A stretch of 64,000 nucleotides of DNA from Octopus sinensis (taxonomy: Eukaryota), in NCBI RefSeq assembly GCF_006345805.1, contig NC_043005.1, positions 46,314,001 through 46,378,000 on the forward strand, read 5' to 3'. The notes under the pieces were generated by a model. That model ran no database searches, was not told where the DNA came from, and saw only the letters and a list, made by a program, of their open reading frames with translations. The position numbers and the translations under genes were made by a program. Positions within the stretch are counted from its first letter, which is position 1, and every line of letters begins with the position of its first letter. Positions 26,360 through 40,609 of the stretch are shown here, in pieces.

Positions 26360-26914
26360 TACGATTTACTTCATCGATATGAAAGGAGTTCTCCACACAG
26401 AATTTGTTTCTCCAGGTCAAACTGTTAACCAGACAGTTTACTTGGAAGGTCTGAAGCGTTTGTAAGACGCGGTGAGACGAAAATGCCCCGACCTGTGACA
26501 AAGTGTAGAGTGGTGGTATCATCACGACAATGCGCCCGCACACATCACCTTGAGTGTGAGACAGTTTTGGACCAAAAATCACATGATCCCACTTACCCAC
26601 CCTCCCCTATTCCTCCGATCTTGCTCCCTGCGGCGTTTTTTTTTTTATTCCCCAGAATGAAAAAAGTCCTTAAAGGAAAACGTTTTGCAGATGTGAAAGA
26701 GGTGAAGAAAAAGAGAAAAAAAAATGCCGCTGGTGTTAAAAGGCATCACCTCCCAGGTGTTTCAGAAATGCTTCGAACTGTGGAAAAATGCATCTGGAAT
26801 GATGGATTTCTTAAAATGGAGAATACTTTCAAGGCAATAAAAGTGTAAGCATGTAAAACTACGTGAATAAAACAATATTGCAAAATTCCGGTTTCTCATG
26901 GGTACACCCTCGTA
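26360..26914 (+). mobile_element. mariner transposase 3' half with right TIR
   Basis: KGVLHTEFVSPGQTVNQTVYLEGLKRL, HHDNAPAH, PYSSDLAPC, LFPRMKKVLKGKRFAD; ends ...GGGTACACCCTCG-TA. Confidence 0.9.
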
Positions 26915-26959
26915 CATCTAATAAGCTAACCAACCTACTTTTCTCATTCTAAACTGTAG

Positions 26960-27135
26960 GAGACGGGTGTTATAGCTCTTTGAACACACCCTACTAAACA
27001 ATATTAGTCACAGTTGACTCGTTTGCAGAATGCATTCGGAACGTGAAGGCAATATGAAAGCTCGCTATGCGATATATTCTTCTGTTAAACTGGGCAAATA
27101 CGCTACAGAAATTTATGAAATGTTCCAGACTGCTT
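26960..27135 (+). mobile_element. mariner 5' fragment
   Basis: MKARYAIYSSVKLGKYATEIYEMFQTA resembles the mariner N-terminal QRYAIKFCVKLGKSATET motif. Confidence 0.65.
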
Positions 27136-27144
27136 CTGACCTAA

Positions 27145-27249
<105 letters not shown>

Positions 27250-27261
27250 TGTAAAAGAGTA

Positions 27262-27495
27262 ATTTACTCTTTTACTCTTTTTTGTTTCAGTCATTTGACT
27301 GCGGACATGCTGGAGCACCGCCTTTAGCAAATCGACCCCACAGGGACTTATTTGTAAGCCCAGTATTATTTATCGGTCTCAGCATGGCCGAAGTAAGTGA
27401 CGGGACGTAAAACAACCAGCATCGGTTGTCAAGCAATGCTAGGGGGACAAACACAGACACACACACACACACCACAACACACACACACACCACAC

Positions 27496-27530
<35 letters not shown>

Positions 27531-27640
27531 TAATACATATATACGACAGGCTTCTTTCAGTTTCCGTCTACCAAATCCACTCACAAGGCATTGGTCGGCC
27601 CGGGGCTATAGCAGAAGACACTTGCCCAAGATGCCATGCA
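27262..27640 (-). mobile_element. SINE family B (5'-truncated)
   Basis: Reverse complement of 4545-4866. Confidence 0.88.
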
Positions 27641-27969
27641 AAATGATATATATATATATTATATGTATGTATGTATACATACGTATATGTACATACTTAC
27701 ATCTATACGCATATATATGCATATGCGGGAACAGGACGTCATGAAACATGTACAGCAAAAAAAAAATACGAAGTACGAGTAATGTGGAATATGAACTATT
27801 TTTTCGAACAACGAAAGACACAAATGGAAAACAAGACAAACAATATAAAGAACGACACTTCACCAGTTGTTGGCTGTTTTTCTACTCTCGTTAAGCTAGA
27901 AATGTATCAATATATATATACACACATATATATATACACACATACTCAAACACATATAATCAAATGAAT

Positions 27970-28010
<41 letters not shown>

Positions 28011-28862
28011 GATATATAAAATCAAATATAATATATACATACATATATATATTCATATATATATATATATATATACGTAATCAAATATAATATATACATA
28101 TATATATATAATCAAATGAATATATATGATCAAATCGATAGTCCAAAGTCCAGTACAAACTGTGAGGATTGGCTCACAATTAAAATTAATACTTACAATT
28201 TTAAATGCCAGTAACCGAGAAAGTAACGACTTCATCAACCATCAAAAGTTGAGAGAGAGAATCGAATGCCTTTCTCGTTTATTTCTTGCATTTTCTCGCG
28301 GAGTAGCCATATCATTTTGAGCTCAACAACTGCCGGATCGTACAAAATATGATATACAAATCCGTCTCATTCTTGCTCTCTCTGAGCATGAAATTCGAAG
28401 TAGCTAACGTTTAACTCTTCTGTTCATTAATCGATATTTATCTGTCACTGGATCGGGTACTGTTCAGTTGAACCCAATAACAAGTGAACTGTACATCACT
28501 TTACATTACACTACACACACACATACACGCACGCACACACTCACACTTACGCACACACATACACTATACACTCTCTCTTCCCACCTTACACACGCGCGCT
28601 CGCACACACACGCACACGCATACACACACACACACATACACACACAGAAGGGTAAAGTGTATTATGAGCTGGTAGTTTGTGACAAAAGTAACAAACTCAA
28701 GATTGTTGTTTCTTAGATATGAAAAAAATCATGCAAGTCTTTCCCATTGTGATTGTTTAGTTACATGTACATATTTTGGATATATTTACGTATATGTAAA
28801 TATATCTATGTATATGTGTATAGATAATGCATACAGAAATATACTGGAGTGGCTGTGCGGTA

Positions 28863-29243
28863 AGATACCGGGCGAAATGCTTAGCGGTATTTCGTCTGCT
28901 GTTACGTTCTGAGTTCAAATTCCGCCGAGGTCGACTTTGCCTTTCATCCTTTCGGGGTCGATAAATTAAGTACCAGTTACGCACTGGGGTCGATGTAATC
29001 GACTTAATCCGTTTGTCTGTCCTCGTTTGTCCCCTCTGTGTTTAGCCCCTTGTGGGCAGTAAAGAAATAGGTATTGCGTCTGGCGTTACGTTCTGAGTTC
29101 AAATTCAGCCGAGATCGACTTTGCCTTTCATCCTTTCAGGGTCGATTAAATAAGTACTAGTTACGGACTGAGGTTGACATAATCGACTTAATCCCTTTGA
29201 CTGTTCCCCCCTGTGTGTAGCCCCTTGTGGGCAGTAAAGGAAT
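28863..29243 (+). mobile_element. Tandem SINE family A dimer (TTAGCCCCTTGTGGGCAGTAAAG tail)
   Basis: Two body+tail units; matches 63543-63952 in reverse. Confidence 0.88.
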
Positions 29244-29244
29244 A

Positions 29245-29523
29245 AGAAGTTTGCTTCCCAACCACATGGTTCTGGGTTCAATCCCATTGCGTGGCACCTT
29301 GGCCAAGAGTCTTCTACTATAACCTCGGGTCGACCAAAGCCTTGAGAGTAGCCCCTGCATGGCCGCAGTCAAATTACTGAAACAAATAGCTTGTTTACCA
29401 ACCGCATGGTTCCTGGTTCAGTCCCACTGCGTGGCACCTTGGGCAAGTGTCTTCTACTATAGCCTCGGGCAGACCAAAGCCTTGTGAGTGGATTTGGTAG
29501 ACGGAAACTGAAAGAAGCCCGTC

Positions 29524-29568
<45 letters not shown>

Positions 29569-29785
29569 TGTGTGTGTTTGTGTGTCTGTGTTTCTCCCCC
29601 TAGCATTGCTTGACAACCGATGCTGCGGTGTTTATGTCCCCGTTACTTAGCGGTTCGGCAAAAAAGACCGATAGAATAAGTACTGGGCTTACAAAAGAAT
29701 AAGTCCTGGGGTCGAGTTGCTCGATTAAAGGCGGTGCTCCAGCATGGCCGCAGTCAAAAGACTGAAACAAGTAGAAGAGAAGAGT
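29245..29785 (+). mobile_element. Two SINE family B copies (first internally deleted, second near complete)
   Basis: Match to 4474-4866. Confidence 0.88.
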
Positions 29786-30585
29786 ATATATATATATTAT
29801 ATATATAAAACACAAAAATATTTAAAAACGAACACAGTAAATAAATATATTTATATATACGTACACACATACAAATTATAAATGCATACAGGTAGTTGTG
29901 TGTGTGTATATATATATATACACTTATTGTGCGTGTCTTTGTGTATATAAATCTATGTGTGTTTACGTGTGTACAGCTGAACATTCACTTACATTCTTAA
30001 CAGATATAGACTGCATTCTTCTCGGTAAACAGTCTATAATACATCTGAAGATGGTGTTTATATAAAATCACCGAAGGCAATCTACTTGTAAGACAAGTAT
30101 ATTACATCATTATTCTCCTTAACTCCAGTTCAATCCAAAAACCTATCTAATTACGTATCTTATGTAAAACGAACATGATTTCTAACTGTTCTCAAATTAT
30201 TAATTTTTTTTTTCATGTATTTTGTGTCTGTTTCTCTCAGTATGTCTGACTGTTGCCTGTCTGTCGGTGTGTTCCCCTATCTCTCTGCCTCAAGATAAAT
30301 TATTGTTGTATTACTGTTAGTTAGCGTACTCACAGGCATACACAAAAACATCAACGTATAAGGCTATATCCCTATATGTATGCATATACGCACCGTACAC
30401 ATAAGTATGCGTATGCACATACACATATGTAAATGCATCTGTGTGTTGTGTGTGTGTTTATAAGTATGTATGCATATATACATACATATATATACATACA
30501 CATATATAATAATATAAAGCATAAAAAAGTTAATATAGATATAAATAAATAAATAATATATAGATATATACATATATATATATAC

Positions 30586-30620
<35 letters not shown>

Positions 30621-30641
30621 ATATATATATATATATATATT

Positions 30642-30681
<40 letters not shown>

Positions 30682-31053
30682 ACTTTTTTATGCTTTATAT
30701 TATTATATATGTGTATGATATATATATGTATGTATATATGCATACATACTTATAACACACACACACACCACACACACACACCATATATATATATATATAT
30801 ATATACACGCCCACACATGCACATATGCGTACTTACACACATGCACCCGCATATTTACACACTCACGGGAGCATGCATGTATGTATGGAGGGATAGATAG
30901 ACTGATAGAGAGAACTACGCTCCTACATACGTAGATATATGTATATGTATATAACTATGCGCATACACAATTTGTGTGTTCATATACATAAAGATTTAAG
31001 TAAACACACACACTATATATATATATATATATATCTATATATGTATGTGTTTG

Positions 31054-31084
<31 letters not shown>

Positions 31085-31965
31085 CATTCACACACACACA
31101 CACATATGTATATACATGCATATATGTAGACCCATACCTCCTTGCACAGTCACACATATACACACGAATGCACAGACGGACTCACATATATGGATGAATA
31201 CATTTATTTATTGCTCCTTGAACATCTACCTTGTTGAGTTGTTAAAGAAACCAAAGAGACACTCGATGGCAGGAAATAGTAGAAAAAAAAGTCTGCAGAA
31301 AATAAAGTATCAAAGGAAACAGATCACAATTTTCTGGAATTATTTTCCTCTTGGCACTTCTGTCTTTTTCTCTTTACCTCACCCTGCCTCTCTTAACTAA
31401 ACTTTCCTTCCATAGTTCTTGCTTTCACTTCTAACACCGTCTGCACTTCTCTTCTTTGTATGTCTTTCTATCTCTCTCCCACCCTCTCTCTCTCCTCCTC
31501 TCTCTCTCTCTCTCTCTCCTCTCTTTCGTTGTTATTCTTATATGTTGCTGTTTTGTTTGTTTTTAAATTTACTATATCTTTTGCTATGAAAGGTGTACAT
31601 GACATTTGTAAACAATATGCATCTGCATATTTGTATGCATGCATACTTATATATTTGTGTGCACTTACACGCATATATGTGTATGTTTCTATGTATGTAT
31701 GTATGTATATATATATATATATTATTTATATAAATATGTACTTAAGTATACATACATATATGTATGCATATGTATATGTGTATGTGTGTATATGTGTGCG
31801 TGTGTGTATCAATGAGATGTGGGTATAGACTCACATAAAAATATATCTAGGTACTTATATGCATACATTTACGCATGTATATTCGTATTTACAATCTTAC
31901 ATGAAAAGCATGTCTACAGTTACTTATTTATGCTCACATCCACACATCTGAATATATAATATATG

Positions 31966-32050
<85 letters not shown>

Positions 32051-32709
32051 CATATATATAGATGTATATGTGTGTATATTTCTATTTAGGGAGGAAACAT
32101 GTATATGCATATATATATATGTATGTATATGTTCACACACATCTTAAATTTAGTCTACTTATAGTTGTTATTCTACGGGAATCTTTTGAGAGGATTACGT
32201 CTGATATTTTCCTATTTTGGTAGGGTTTTTTTTTTATTCCTCCTCTTTACATTCTGTATATTGGAAATTTGATTTGTGAAAAATCTGAATTAAAGGGGGA
32301 AAAAATTATATCAAGTACTAAGATCAGGTGACTGTAGTGTGAAAGGTGTTCTTTTTGCAGTTTGTCCTGATCCTTAAAGATGTTGCTATTTATAAATACT
32401 TGCAGAAATACATACATGAATACAGCCATCCATCCATCCATCCATCCATCCATCCATCCATCCATCCATCCGTACGTACGTACGTACATACATACATAGA
32501 TCGCTAGCCACTATACCTTTTTCTATTTTCTCTCCATGTTTCTTTCTGTGTCCCTTTCTGTCGAAGAGCGTTGGCTCGAAATGAAAAAGACTTTCTCACT
32601 TCCTAAGCGTTAAACTAATACATCCGTTTGTTGTTTACACGCCAGTTTTCGTCTTTTGTTGTTTTTTTTTGTAAATTCTTACTACATACATACACACATA
32701 AATGCATGC

Positions 32710-32751
<42 letters not shown>

Positions 32752-32982
32752 GAGTGAGTGGACAAACGAAAGAAAGGCACTCAACCAATTTATTGGGAGT
32801 TACATCTATGGAGCAAAACAGTTTGACTCAAATCTTGGTACCTTGAGTTTCAAGCATGATGCTAGTCGTCAGGCATTTTGAATCAAAATTTTAATAATAA
32901 TTATTACCTTTAAAAGATTTATTCCATGCTGGCAACTTGATAAGATCAATATTTAAATTAACGATCTTATTCTTATTTATAA

Positions 32983-33040
<58 letters not shown>

Positions 33041-33329
33041 GAGAAATAAAATTAAAAAATGGAAAATACATACATTTTACATAGTTATATATCAACAGGT
33101 TTCACTTTCACTATTCATGATATTAAGGTATACTTATTTGAATATGTATTATCTTAAGAATAATTTTTTGTCAATGTTGTGTATCATTATTATTGTTATT
33201 GTTTTGAGCAAGGGTGATAACTGCTCAGTTTTCGGTAAGGGAGATATATATATATATGTATATACACACACACACACAAAAAGTTTCGAAAAACTTGTTT
33301 AGTGAGGGGATTTATGTACAGAGATGTAA

Positions 33330-34370
33330 TCGTGAACTGAAAGATGTAAAAAGATAAAAGTTCTTTATGCGTGCATATTAAGATGTGTTCTGTATTTTTC
33401 GATGAAAAAAGTTTCTTTACTTGAACGTTCTTGTGGAGAAATTATGTCTTTGCATTGGTTAAAAAGGGAAGACTGTGAAATTTGGTTCGATGTTATCTGC
33501 ACATTTTTCTATATGTTCACTGAGAGGAATTTGCCTGTATTTTGGGGAACGAATTTGCTCTTTATGTAGAGTGGTTCTCTGTCTCAAGGTCATACTCGTC
33601 TGTCCAATATAGTTGTGTCCACAACACGAGCAGGTTATTACATAAATTAGGTTCTCTGAGGCACAAGTGAAACTAGTTTTAATTGTGAACCTCTCTCCTT
33701 GTTTGAAAAGGAAATCCGAGCCTTCAAGTAAGTTGGGGCAGGTTCCACAGTTTGGGCGTTCACATTTTTTAACCGTTGGTTTCGAGGTTGTTTTTTAAAG
33801 CTTCGCTTCGCATTTGTTAGCAGTCTCTTTTGCTAGTTGTGTTGCTTTTTGCATTTGATGAGTTTGTGCTCTTTCAGGATGGCGTTCATTTTACACAATA
33901 GTTTTGAATACATCACTGTTTCTGAGGTTGTGTGTTGATATAAACATTAGTGTTTTGAGATGAGGTGTGGTGTTATGTTTTGTTGTTCTTAGTGCTTTTA
34001 TATCTAATTTTTTGGCACGTTTAATTCCTTCGTCTATAAGTGAGGGTGGATACTGTCTTTCAGTAAGCGTTGTTTTGAGGAGATGAAGGTCCCGAGTAGT
34101 TCTATCAGATACTATTGTGCAAATCCTTTTTGCCAAATTGAAAGGGATATTTATTTTGATGTGTTTCGGGTGGCATGAGCCAAAGAGGAGATATTGTTTT
34201 GAGTCAATTGGTTTATAATAGATATCAATTTGATCGTTGGCTATTTTTTTATTATGATGTCTAAAAGTGGAAGCTGTTCTTTGTTATATTCCGTTGTGAA
34301 TTGGATGTTACTATTTTTATCATTTAGTTTTGATTTGAAATCCCAAAGTTTTTCGATGCCTTCCTTTAGT
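33330..34370 (-). mobile_element. Penelope-like element fragment (RT thumb, Cys linker, GIY-YIG)
   Basis: KPIDSKQYLLFGSCHPKHIKINIPFNLAKRIC, CERPNCGTC, FTCASENLIYVITCSCCGHNYIGQT; same type as the 10.2-11.6 kb copy. Confidence 0.9.
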
Positions 34371-34734
34371 ATTAAAGGATGATTTTCTTTGTGTTGTTAA
34401 CATTTAAGTGCCTCAGTCAGAATAAATTCATATGTATATGTATATATATTGTTGCATGGAAGTGTATGTGTATTAATGGATGAAAGTGTATTATGAATAC
34501 AAACGTGCATCTATGAATGTATGCATGTATGTACGTACGTATGTATGTGTGTATGTATATATGCATATATGCATGTATGTATGTAGGTATGTATGTATAC
34601 ATGTATGTATGAATATAATATATATATATGGTGTGTGTGTGTGTGTGTGTGTGTGTGCGTACCTGTATTTATGCATTATCTCTTTCAATATACACTATCT
34701 CTCTCTCTCCTCTCCCTCTCTCTATATATATATG

Positions 34735-34797
<63 letters not shown>

Positions 34798-34866
34798 TAT
34801 ATATATAATAAATAAGTATGTATTATATATATATATATATATATATAATATATGTATATAAGTATG

Positions 34867-34925
<59 letters not shown>

Positions 34926-35394
34926 CATATGCATATATGCTCGCATGCATACACACACAAACAAATACATAAATATATATATACCACGTCTTTATATGCG
35001 TGTATATGTTTTTATTCTATATGAGTGTGTGTGTATGTGTATGCGTGCCTGTGTGTGTGTAATTTCGGGGCGTGTCTGCAAATATTTCTTCCTAAATACG
35101 ACAAAACCTATAGGCAAAATGAAAAGAACTTAATACCTAGGGTTAAGTAAATTTGTTTTGTATTTTACCTCAAGCTATTCTCAGTTTTAAGCGCTCAGAG
35201 TTTCAAGTTCGGAGTTAATCCTCAGACTAGGATTATTAGCAGCAAGAGGTCCTGTAGAACCAAAGTTCACTTGTGTGTGTGTGTATATATATATATACGT
35301 ATATATACATATATATACATACATGCATGTATATACATGTACATATATACATGTATGCATACACACACACACACACACATATATAGTACCAGGC

Positions 35395-35462
<68 letters not shown>

Positions 35463-35711
35463 ATACATAACATACATATATTCGTGTATATATGCATCCA
35501 CACCCAGACACACACACACTCACAAACACATACCCGTACACACACATATATAAGTTCTTTTGGAGAAGGTGTACATATGGATTACGTTGGATGATTATAC
35601 ATAGATATATACATTATAATTTTTATGGCAGACTTTTAAAAGGAAATCAATAGCCGAAAGGTTCTTGCACGGAACTCTGCTCCTCGGTTTATTTTCTAAC
35701 TTCAGCTGTGT

Positions 35712-35728
35712 ATATGTATGTACGTATG

Positions 35729-35762
<34 letters not shown>

Positions 35763-35930
35763 TGTATGTATGTATGTATGTATGTATGTATGTATGTATG
35801 TATGTATGTATGTATGTACGTACGTACGTATGTATGTATGTATGTATGTATGTATGTATGTATGTATGTATGTATGTATGTATGTATGTATATATATATG
35901 TGTGTATTTGTGTGTGTGTATGTGTGTGTG
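35712..35930. repeat. (TATG)n microsatellite
   Basis: Read directly from sequence. Confidence 0.95.
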
Positions 35931-35934
35931 TGCT

Positions 35935-36150
35935 TGTGTTTGTCCCCCCTACAATGTCGCTTGACGACCGATGCTGGTATGTTTACGTCTCCGCAACTTA
36001 GCGGTTCGGAAAAACAGACCGATAGAATATGTACTGGATTTACAAAGAATAAGTCGTCCTGATGTAGATTTGTTCGACTAAAGACGGTGCTCCAGCATGG
36101 CCGCAGTCAAATGACTGGAACAAGTAAAAGAATAAAAGAATAAAAGAATA
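35935..36150 (+). mobile_element. SINE family B, 3' half
   Basis: Match to 4668-4866. Confidence 0.85.
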
Positions 36151-36227
36151 CACACACATACACATAAACATAAACATATTCTTTAATATATATGTATACA
36201 CACGCATATATATATACATACATACAC

Positions 36228-36283
<56 letters not shown>

Positions 36284-36358
36284 ACATATATATATATATA
36301 TAATATATACATATATATATATATATATTAGATATATATATATATATATATATTATAT

Positions 36359-36405
<47 letters not shown>

Positions 36406-36433
36406 AGAGAGAAAGAAAGTGTGTGAGATAAAC

Positions 36434-36504
<71 letters not shown>

Positions 36505-37217
36505 CAGATAGACAGGCATGCAGACAGACAGACAGATGGATAGATAAGTAGATAGATAGATTGATAGACAGACAGATAAATTGATAGATAGATAGATAGA
36601 TAGATGTTTTGTGTGTGTGCTTGTGTGTGGGTTTATAAGGATATGTGTGAATATATATGTATGTATATGTGTATGTTTGTATGCCCGTACATATACATAT
36701 GTGTGCGTGTGTCTTTTTGTATATATGTATATATGTATATATGTATGAATGTGTGTTTATGAGTGTGTGCATATTTGTATGCGTTTGTTTTCTGTCAAAT
36801 GCATTCAAATAGAAACATTAACTGACGTATCGTTGGAACCATTTAGAAGGAGCTCAAATATATTATCACTTATACTTTTGCGTGGACAGTATAAAAGTAT
36901 TCCTTTTAAACACAGACACACACGCATGCATATATATATGCATACACGTAGAGATACTCATGCACACGCCTAGATATATTTATACCAACGGTATTATTTG
37001 AACCTACGGGACGTCTCACCACTAACCACTTACAGACATGAAATTAATGTGAAATTGCCTGCGGTAATTCATAAAATAAATTTACTCCACTCCAGGTACT
37101 AAGTTTTTTCTCTGTTCACTAGAAAGAATCTTTCCTATGTAAAAATGGTGCCAAATATAAGTATACTCCCGTAACTATATACATACATACATACATACAC
37201 ACACACACATATATATA

Positions 37218-37299
<82 letters not shown>

Positions 37300-37434
37300 G
37301 TTTGTATGTATGTATGTATGTAGTTATGAATGCATACGTACGTACATACATACATAGATATGTGCGTATGTATATATATATATATATATATACATATATA
37401 CATACATACATATGTATATATATATACACGCCCT

Positions 37435-37640
37435 GGCGTGGCTTTGTGGTAAGGAGCTTGCTTCCCACCCAACCACATGGTTCCAGGTTCAGTCCCACTG
37501 CGTGGAACCTTGACCAAGAGTCTATAGTCATTCACTATAGTTATTTGATTGCGGCCATGCTGGAGCACCGCCTTAAAGGGTGTTAGTCGACTAAACCTAC
37601 CCCAGGACTTATTCTTTGTAAGCCTGCTACTTATTCGATT
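37435..37640. mobile_element. Rearranged SINE family B (head on +, tail segment inverted)
   Basis: GGCGTGGCTTTGTGGTAAG...GTTCAGTCCC followed by GCGGCCATGCTGGAGCACCGCC, the reverse of the tail. Confidence 0.75.
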
Positions 37641-37849
37641 TGGGTTTGAATTGTTGACTTGATATTCTTTAGTACAATACATTTTCCCAGTCATTTACAA
37701 TTAGGCAAGCAATTATTATGATTTGTACAATAACGGGCAGGTGCAGAATTTAATGAATTGCATTAGAATGTTAAGAATGGTTATTTCTCATAGATGTTGT
37801 AAAGCTTTTCTGAACAGCGTAGCTAATGTTAATCAAATTTCTCTTAAAG

Positions 37850-38400
37850 CTGTTTTGGTTGTATCACAGGTTGTTAGAAAGTGAAAAAAAGATTAATTTT
37901 TGATAATTCTACTTTTGTGAAAACATAATCGTATGGGATACAAAAATTTCTGATACGAATGCATATTGGATCCCAAATGTACGAAATAATAGGAATTTAT
38001 ATCTTAGAACCTTTGTGTAAAAAATCTCCGGCAGTATGACGATGGAAAACTAATCTTGCAAAATCTAAGGGAACATTAGCCAGATATATTTAGGAACGGT
38101 TTAATAAAACTTTCCAGTAAAACAGGTTTTTCCTTGAACCATAAACACCACAGTATTTTAAAAGAAAACTGATTAGGTTTAGCTACGCTGCATAGAGAAC
38201 TTTACAAACTCTGTTTGAAATTGCGATATAAAGGACTTTCTCATACACTTCATCCAGAAGTTGAATCTACCTGAAACTTTATTCAGCGCATTTCTTACCA
38301 ACTTGATGATCAGTTTTAGGAGAATTCACCAGTATAACATGCTAAACTGGGTAAAAAATTCTAAGCCGAATTCTTGTATTGAGTTAATCGAAAATAGTGC
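37850..38400 (-). mobile_element. Very old LINE RT relic (CR1/L2-like)
   Basis: Degenerate pieces such as QGKTCFT and LDFAR in the order expected for GKSC.T and LDF.KAFD. Confidence 0.3.
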
Positions 38401-38603
38401 AGGTCTATTTTTCTATTAACACTAAAGAAATATTCAATGCTGCATTGTCACAATATATTTGGTTCATGGGAGAGAGAAAACAATGAGAGAGAGAGAGAGA
38501 GAGAGAAAGAGAAAGAGAATTTGAATGAAATGTAACATAATAAAATATTTCGTTTTTGGATTTGGTTTGCAAGATTCTTTATATGAGTTCGTGTGTTGAA
38601 GCA

Positions 38604-38814
38604 TATTCTGTTGTGTCTGGGGAAAGTCATTCTCTTTTAGTGCCTTGTTATGTAGCACACTTACCAGTAACATTTCCACTTATTTCTTATTTTTATTTGC
38701 TAAAATTTTCGTTGCGTCTAGCAACCTTTTCAATAGTCTTGACTCTGAGTCAAGTGAGTGTGCTACGTAACAAGGCACTAAAAGAGAATGACTCTCCCCA
38801 GACACAACAGAATA
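38604..38814. repeat. Inverted repeat with 61-bp arms; loop contains an HHR-like motif (Penelope-type inverted terminus)
   Basis: 38604-38664 is the reverse complement of 38754-38814 with 3 mismatches. Confidence 0.9.
38699..38738 (-). ncRNA. Minimal hammerhead-like motif, U3:A8 variant
   Basis: cta-TTGAAAA-g-GTTGC(tagac)GCAAC-GAAA-att-T-tag; stem III vestigial. Confidence 0.45.
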
Positions 38815-39085
38815 ATAAAATATGATATTGGCAAATATGACTGATTTTATATGGTGTTATATAAAACATTTTAAGCATCTTTATATTTTAGATTTTACCT
38901 GTATTTACTTGTATATAAAAATTAATAAATAAAAAAAACATCCATTAAGTATTGTGTGAACATTTTGTTAAATTTTCTACGAATGTCAAGCATATAGAGA
39001 ATTTCAAATGTTTTTAAAGAGAGCTTGCGAAAGTTAAGGTGCACCATGTAAGCTCGTGCGTCTTTTAGACCATCAATATATGGTA

Positions 39086-39380
39086 TATCACCGTGATCAC
39101 CGTGACCGACCAGGCTATCAGATGTTGCTACACATCGCTGGTCACAAAGCGCTTCGCATTGTTTTAACCTTCAAATGACGCCACCCCGCTGGCTAAGCGA
39201 GCAGGCCAACAGAAGAGAGAGAGTGAGAGAAAGTTGTGGCGAAAGAGTACAGCAGGGATCGCCACCAACCCCTGTCGGAGCCTCGTGGAGCTTTAGGTGT
39301 TTTCGCTCAATAAACGCTCACAACGCCCGGTCTGGGAATCGAAACCGCGATCATACGACCGCGAGTCTGCTGCCCTAGCC
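39086..39380 (-). mobile_element. SINE family D
   Basis: Minus-strand GGTTTCGATTCCC B-box; shared GAGAGAAAGTTGTGG..AAAGAGTACAGCAGG block with 49.0-49.3 and 56.8 kb. Confidence 0.85.
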
Positions 39381-40440
39381 AATAAATATGGGTTCCTCTT
39401 GTTCTGTTGAACATAATCATCTGAAGATCAGAAAAATGAGATATGAAAAACGAAATAAAAATTTGTGAAATTCTGAGAAGTATCAATAAATATATTAAAT
39501 GACTTTAGCCTTAGTATTCAGATTAGAGATATTTAATATATTATACTTCTTCACACGTTTTTGTTGACTAAGTCACGCACATACCCTCATACATGCGCAC
39601 GCCCGCGTCTAAATATGTACGTGTGTCTAAGCCTGTGCTTATACACAAACATAATACACACGTAAAAATAGTACACACACATACGTGTGCCTCTTCATAC
39701 AATTCTTTCATTTGTGTATAACAAAATTGACCACATGCGTGCACGCGTATTTTTAAGTATTTTAATGCGTATGTTTGTCTGCGTGTGTTTTCTGTGTATG
39801 CGTGCATCCGCGTGTTTATTTAACGTGTTGCGATAATGAAGATTTAGTTCTAAGACGAAATTAGTGAAGACTAGTTAAGTCGTTTATCTTACAGATTGTT
39901 GTGTGGTTATCGCACATCTTGTTTGTATACACGTAAACATACGCACATAGAGACACGTGCGCACGTACAAGCACGTATACACATATCCACACAAAATAGC
40001 GGAATATATCGCTATCATATATTATTAAATGATGTCCAGAAACTCAGGCCATGTCATGATCTTCAGCCAATTCCTCATTTCCTCCTCACTGTCTTTTATC
40101 AGATCGACGTCCACTGGTCTGCAGCATGGAGTCTTGGTATGTTTCATCTTCTTAGCCAGACTTGTTTTGCCTGAAACACAGCAGATGTCAACTAGGTGGT
40201 CACCTAGGATTTGTTATTTATAGTGCTCTACTATTGCAATTAAGTGCAGAGCAGATTCTGTATGTACGAAAGGTCAGCGGCCAGTGAATGCCACTGTACA
40301 TTGCAAGAAGATTTTTGTTTGCTATTGGTCAGTGAGAAATATATTTTCCGTTGACAGTGCTTATTCAATGTCCAGCTAGATGTGAATGTTGCCATGAGGT
40401 AAGGGCATACATACATACATACATACATACATACATACAT

Positions 40441-40514
<74 letters not shown>

Positions 40515-40609
40515 TATATATATACATATATATATGTATACATATATATATATATGTATACATATATATATGTATGTGTGTGTGTGTGTGTGTGGTGTGT
40601 GTGTGTGTG

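Noticed and set aside
30045-30095. CTGAAGA-T-GGTG...CACC-GAAG hammerhead-like motif
   Set aside because: GAAA box broken and no stem III or stem I
32553-32592. CTGTCGA-A-GAGC(gttg)GCTC-GAAA motif
   Set aside because: A6 is not conserved and the cleavage triplet is missing; at most a decayed terminus
40030-40405. Cys-containing coding-like stretch
   Set aside because: No continuous frame or diagnostic motif; family cannot be named
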